Assembly: GCA_048886685.1 (NCBI GenBank)
Contig: JBHLKM010000004.1
Coordinates: 188,442-207,888 of the forward strand
DNA from: Candidatus Hodarchaeota archaeon
GTDB lineage: Archaea > Asgardarchaeota > Lokiarchaeia > Sigyniarchaeales > SOKP01
Reading direction: 5' to 3'
DNA length: 19,447 bases
This document shows, in pieces, positions 17,014 through 19,447 of this stretch. A model generated the notes under the pieces. It was not told the DNA's origin, did not search any database, and saw nothing but the letters and a program-made list of their open reading frames with translations. The first letter of the stretch is position 1, and the number at the start of each line of letters is the position of its first letter. Made by a program: the position numbers and the translations under genes.

Positions 17014-18366
17014 ATGAAAAAAATTTTTCAATTTATAAAAGCTAATAAGAGCCTTGTTTTAGCGTATTCTACCACATTATCGATTCAAATTTTATTTATT
17101 GTAGGATTTAATATTTATAATTGGATCTCTCAAATCCCCCAGAATTCCATACTATATGAATTTTTTAGAGCTTCATTAGAACCATACCAAGATTACCAAA
17201 TTTGGTATAAATCTTTTGTGGATAATTTTGTCTATAAAGATTGGATTCCTTATTCTTTTTCCTTTCCAGATATTGAACTATATACCGACTGGTTTTCCTA
17301 TTTATGGGATTTATTTGTAGGTATTCGACAGTATTATTATATCTATCCTCCCTTTTTTCTCTATATTTTAAGCTTGCCTGGAATATTTCACTTAAATCTT
17401 ATTTTTATTCCTTTACTTGCCGCAACTAATTTATTACCAATTGTTATATATAAATTTCTTTCCAATTCATTTAATCAAAAAGTAGCAGAATGGGGATTTT
17501 TAGCCACTTCTCTCTGCCCATTATTAATCTTTTATAATGGAGGATTGCTTCTGAATACTTCACTAGTGACCCTATTTTTTATTTTAACTCTTTATTTAAT
17601 TTCGATTCAGAAATTTAAGTCTGCTTGTGTATTTTTAGCTATTTCGTTCTTATTTAAACAAATTATCCTATTTTTCATTTTACCCGCTCTTACGTATATG
17701 ATCCTCAAATCTTGTAAAAGAGAAGAAGATAAATTGGCTTTTAAATATTTTAAGAAATTGTTATTGTACTCTTCAATAATCTTTGGAACTTTATTCTTAG
17801 GTTCATTACCATGGATTCTCATTAATCCCTCTAGGTACTTAAATTCAATATTCCTTTCACAGAGTATTAGGTTCAATCCCGCGTTTATAGCACCACACCA
17901 TAACACACCTATCCATTGGTATAGTTTTCTTGTGGCTTCAGATTTTCCTTACTGGTTTCTTTATATAGTTGGCTTCTTAAACTTTACATTCATTGGAATT
18001 GTAATAACAGAAATTTCAGTAGTAGGGTTGATGTATTATTGGTATTCTCATAATAAATTAAATTGGGTAAAATTTATGGACATAGTAGTTTACACCGCTT
18101 TTTTAACACATTTATTATTTCCGAGGGGCGTTTATAAATATTATTTTACCTTTCATGTACCTCTCATTATTCTATGGTTAGCTTATCATTATTACAATGT
18201 TTTAACAACAAATAGGAATAAAAATTTGAGATTATTAGGCTATTTTGTATCAATATCATTAGTTGTAATTTTAATCCCACGTTTTTATTATTTATTATTA
18301 ATTTGGGCTGTTTTAATAGTAATGATTAGAAAATCATCAAATCAATTAAAAAAGATTGAAATTTGA
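17014..18366 (+). CDS. GT-C fold polytopic glycosyltransferase (lipid-linked sugar donor; GT87/PMT/PIG-M-like)
   Basis: First TM followed by a loop with QDY...PY...YIYPPFF, then LCPLLIFY, FLFKQ and many TM segments, as in GT-C enzymes. Confidence 0.7.
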   Translation: MKKIFQFIKANKSLVLAYSTTLSIQILFIVGFNIYNWISQIPQNSILYEFFRASLEPYQDYQIWYKSFVDNFVYKDWIPYSFSFPDIELYTDWFSYLWDLFVGIRQYYYIYPPFFLYILSLPGIFHLNLIFIPLLAATNLLPIVIYKFLSNSFNQKVAEWGFLATSLCPLLIFYNGGLLLNTSLVTLFFILTLYLISIQKFKSACVFLAISFLFKQIILFFILPALTYMILKSCKREEDKLAFKYFKKLLLYSSIIFGTLFLGSLPWILINPSRYLNSIFLSQSIRFNPAFIAPHHNTPIHWYSFLVASDFPYWFLYIVGFLNFTFIGIVITEISVVGLMYYWYSHNKLNWVKFMDIVVYTAFLTHLLFPRGVYKYYFTFHVPLIILWLAYHYYNVLTTNRNKNLRLLGYFVSISLVVILIPRFYYLLLIWAVLIVMIRKSSNQLKKIEI

Positions 18367-18397
18367 AATTAAAGAAAAGTAAAAAAAAATGAATTAT

Positions 18398-18694
18398 TTA
18401 CGCGCTAATCAAACGGAATAAGATAGAAGCATGAGGAATAAAGAATTCATCTTTCCTCTTTATCACTACAGTATGAAAGTATTCAGCGAGACCGAGAAAA
18501 CCTCGGATTACTGATTCATCTTCCTCGAATCTAAAGATTACTGCAGCTATCGCTGCACCTGTACTGAAATTGACTTTATCATACACCCTCTCATCAATTA
18601 GGGGGATTTTAAGCTCATTAACAATTTCATATACCCTTTTTTCACAAGCCTAACGAGACGTCAAGCCTATTATGAAGAGTTCACGTTTAGGCAT
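18398..18694 (-). CDS. Small hypothetical protein, 98 codons with an in-frame TAG at codon 15 (recoded gene or pseudogene)
   Basis: ATG 18694 with SD-like TGGTGG 6 nt upstream reads MPKRELFIIGLTSR*(TAG 18652-18650)ACEKRVYEIVNELKIPLIDERVYDKVNFSTG... in frame with the 62-aa ORF-track call. Confidence 0.6.
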
Positions 18695-18989
18695 ATTTTT
18701 CCACCAATGCAATTTACAATATATAGGTAATATGCAGTTTTATTTTTTTTAATTGGGAATTTATAATTTAATTGTTTTTTACTAATTAAATATGATATAT
18801 AATATTATTAGTTTAGGTTTTTTAATAATTAACGTTTTTTCAGAACTAAGAGATATTTTAGATTTCAGATTCATACAAGGATGGAATAAAATTATAAATA
18901 CATATTAATATAATTTAAGTATAAAAGTTATTACTAGTAATAAAAAAATTATTCAAATTTTCAATAATAACAGTGGAATTGAGTAGAAC

Positions 18990-19447
18990 GTGGTTTCAAA
19001 AGAGCAAAAAAAAATCGAACGCGTTATAAATTTTATGAAAAAGGGTCTAACTTCTTTAGCTGATGATCTCGAAGAAACAGTTAAAGGAATTAATGATTTT
19101 ATTAAATCTTTGGCTAAAGCTCAGAAGGATTTGAAAGAAGTAACTGTTGGAGAAGTAGTTCAAACAGTAAGTACTTCCTCGAAAAAGATAGTAACGACTT
19201 CATCTGGTCAAGCAAAAACAGCAGCAGCTAGTACATTATTCACCTTATTGAGTGGAAGTGGCGGAGCAGCTACACCTGCAACTCCAGCAGCCCCATCTGT
19301 GTCTGCACCACCTGCACCTCCGAGTGGGGGTGGTCCCCTAAAAGCTCCACCAACAGGACCTCCAAGTGCACCACCAACAGGACCTCCAAGTGCACCACCA
19401 ACAGGGCCACCTAAGGCACCACCATCTGGAGGTGGACCCCCTAAAAG
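18990..19447 (+). CDS. Coiled-coil plus proline-rich protein, 3' truncated at the window edge (not in the ORF track)
   Basis: Open frame from GTG 18990 (alternative ATG 19035): MVSKEQKKIERVINFMKKGLTSLADDLEETVKGINDFIKSLAKAQKDLKEV...AASTLFTLLSGSGGAATPATPAAPSVSAPPAPPSGGGPLKAPPTGPPSAPPTGPPSAPPTGPPKAPPSGGGPPK. No stop before 19447. Confidence 0.85.
   Translation, partial: MVSKEQKKIERVINFMKKGLTSLADDLEETVKGINDFIKSLAKAQKDLKEVTVGEVVQTVSTSSKKIVTTSSGQAKTAAASTLFTLLSGSGGAATPATPAAPSVSAPPAPPSGGGPLKAPPTGPPSAPPTGPPSAPPTGPPKAPPSGGGPPK
19347..19418 (+). repeat. 24-nt coding tandem repeat (PPTGPPSA) x3
   Basis: CCACCAACAGGACCTCCAAGTGCA exact at 19347-19370 and 19371-19394; degenerate third copy CCACCAACAGGGCCACCTAAGGCA at 19395-19418. 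Confidence 0.9.

Noticed and set aside
15387-17906. ORFs 15387..15698 (+) and 17607..17906 (-)
   Set aside because: Antisense to the surface protein and the GT-C gene respectively.
18655-18690. GUGA...GA motif as a SECIS element or C/D-box sRNA
   Set aside because: The upper helix is far shorter than in a eukaryote-like SECIS, the in-frame stop is TAG rather than TGA, and there are no proper RUGAUGA/CUGA boxes.
19347-19418. 24-nt repeats as a CRISPR array
   Set aside because: Head-to-tail with no spacers and in frame within a coding sequence.

Overview
AT-rich archaeal window, most likely Asgard/Lokiarchaeia. This is an inference from two TFB homologues, a surface protein with a Loki-CTERM-like IPGF tail, GGTG-type Shine-Dalgarno (SD) sites and a proline-rich protein. 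From left to right it contains: a degraded C_GCAxxG_C_C gene; a P2-scaffold P-type ATPase with rebuilt ion-binding motifs (PINLP instead of PEGLP); a divergent TFB-like gene, a 4-TM protein and a near-canonical TFB; an AOR-family oxidoreductase and endonuclease IV; a minus-strand operon (split MgtE/SLC41-type pair, duplicated PhoU+TrkA-C protein, 6-phospho-3-hexuloisomerase, two tandem SET-domain proteins) with a TTTAGG-N4-CCTAAA palindrome upstream; an orphan ABC-2-like permease; a small membrane protein; a C-terminally sorted surface protein; a PRTase and a GT-C glycosyltransferase; a small gene that appears to start at an SD-supported ATG (18694) and contain an in-frame TAG; and a truncated coiled-coil/proline-rich ORF missing from the ORF track. 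I saw no RNA genes, CRISPR arrays or mobile elements. All calls come from reading motifs by eye; no searches were run.
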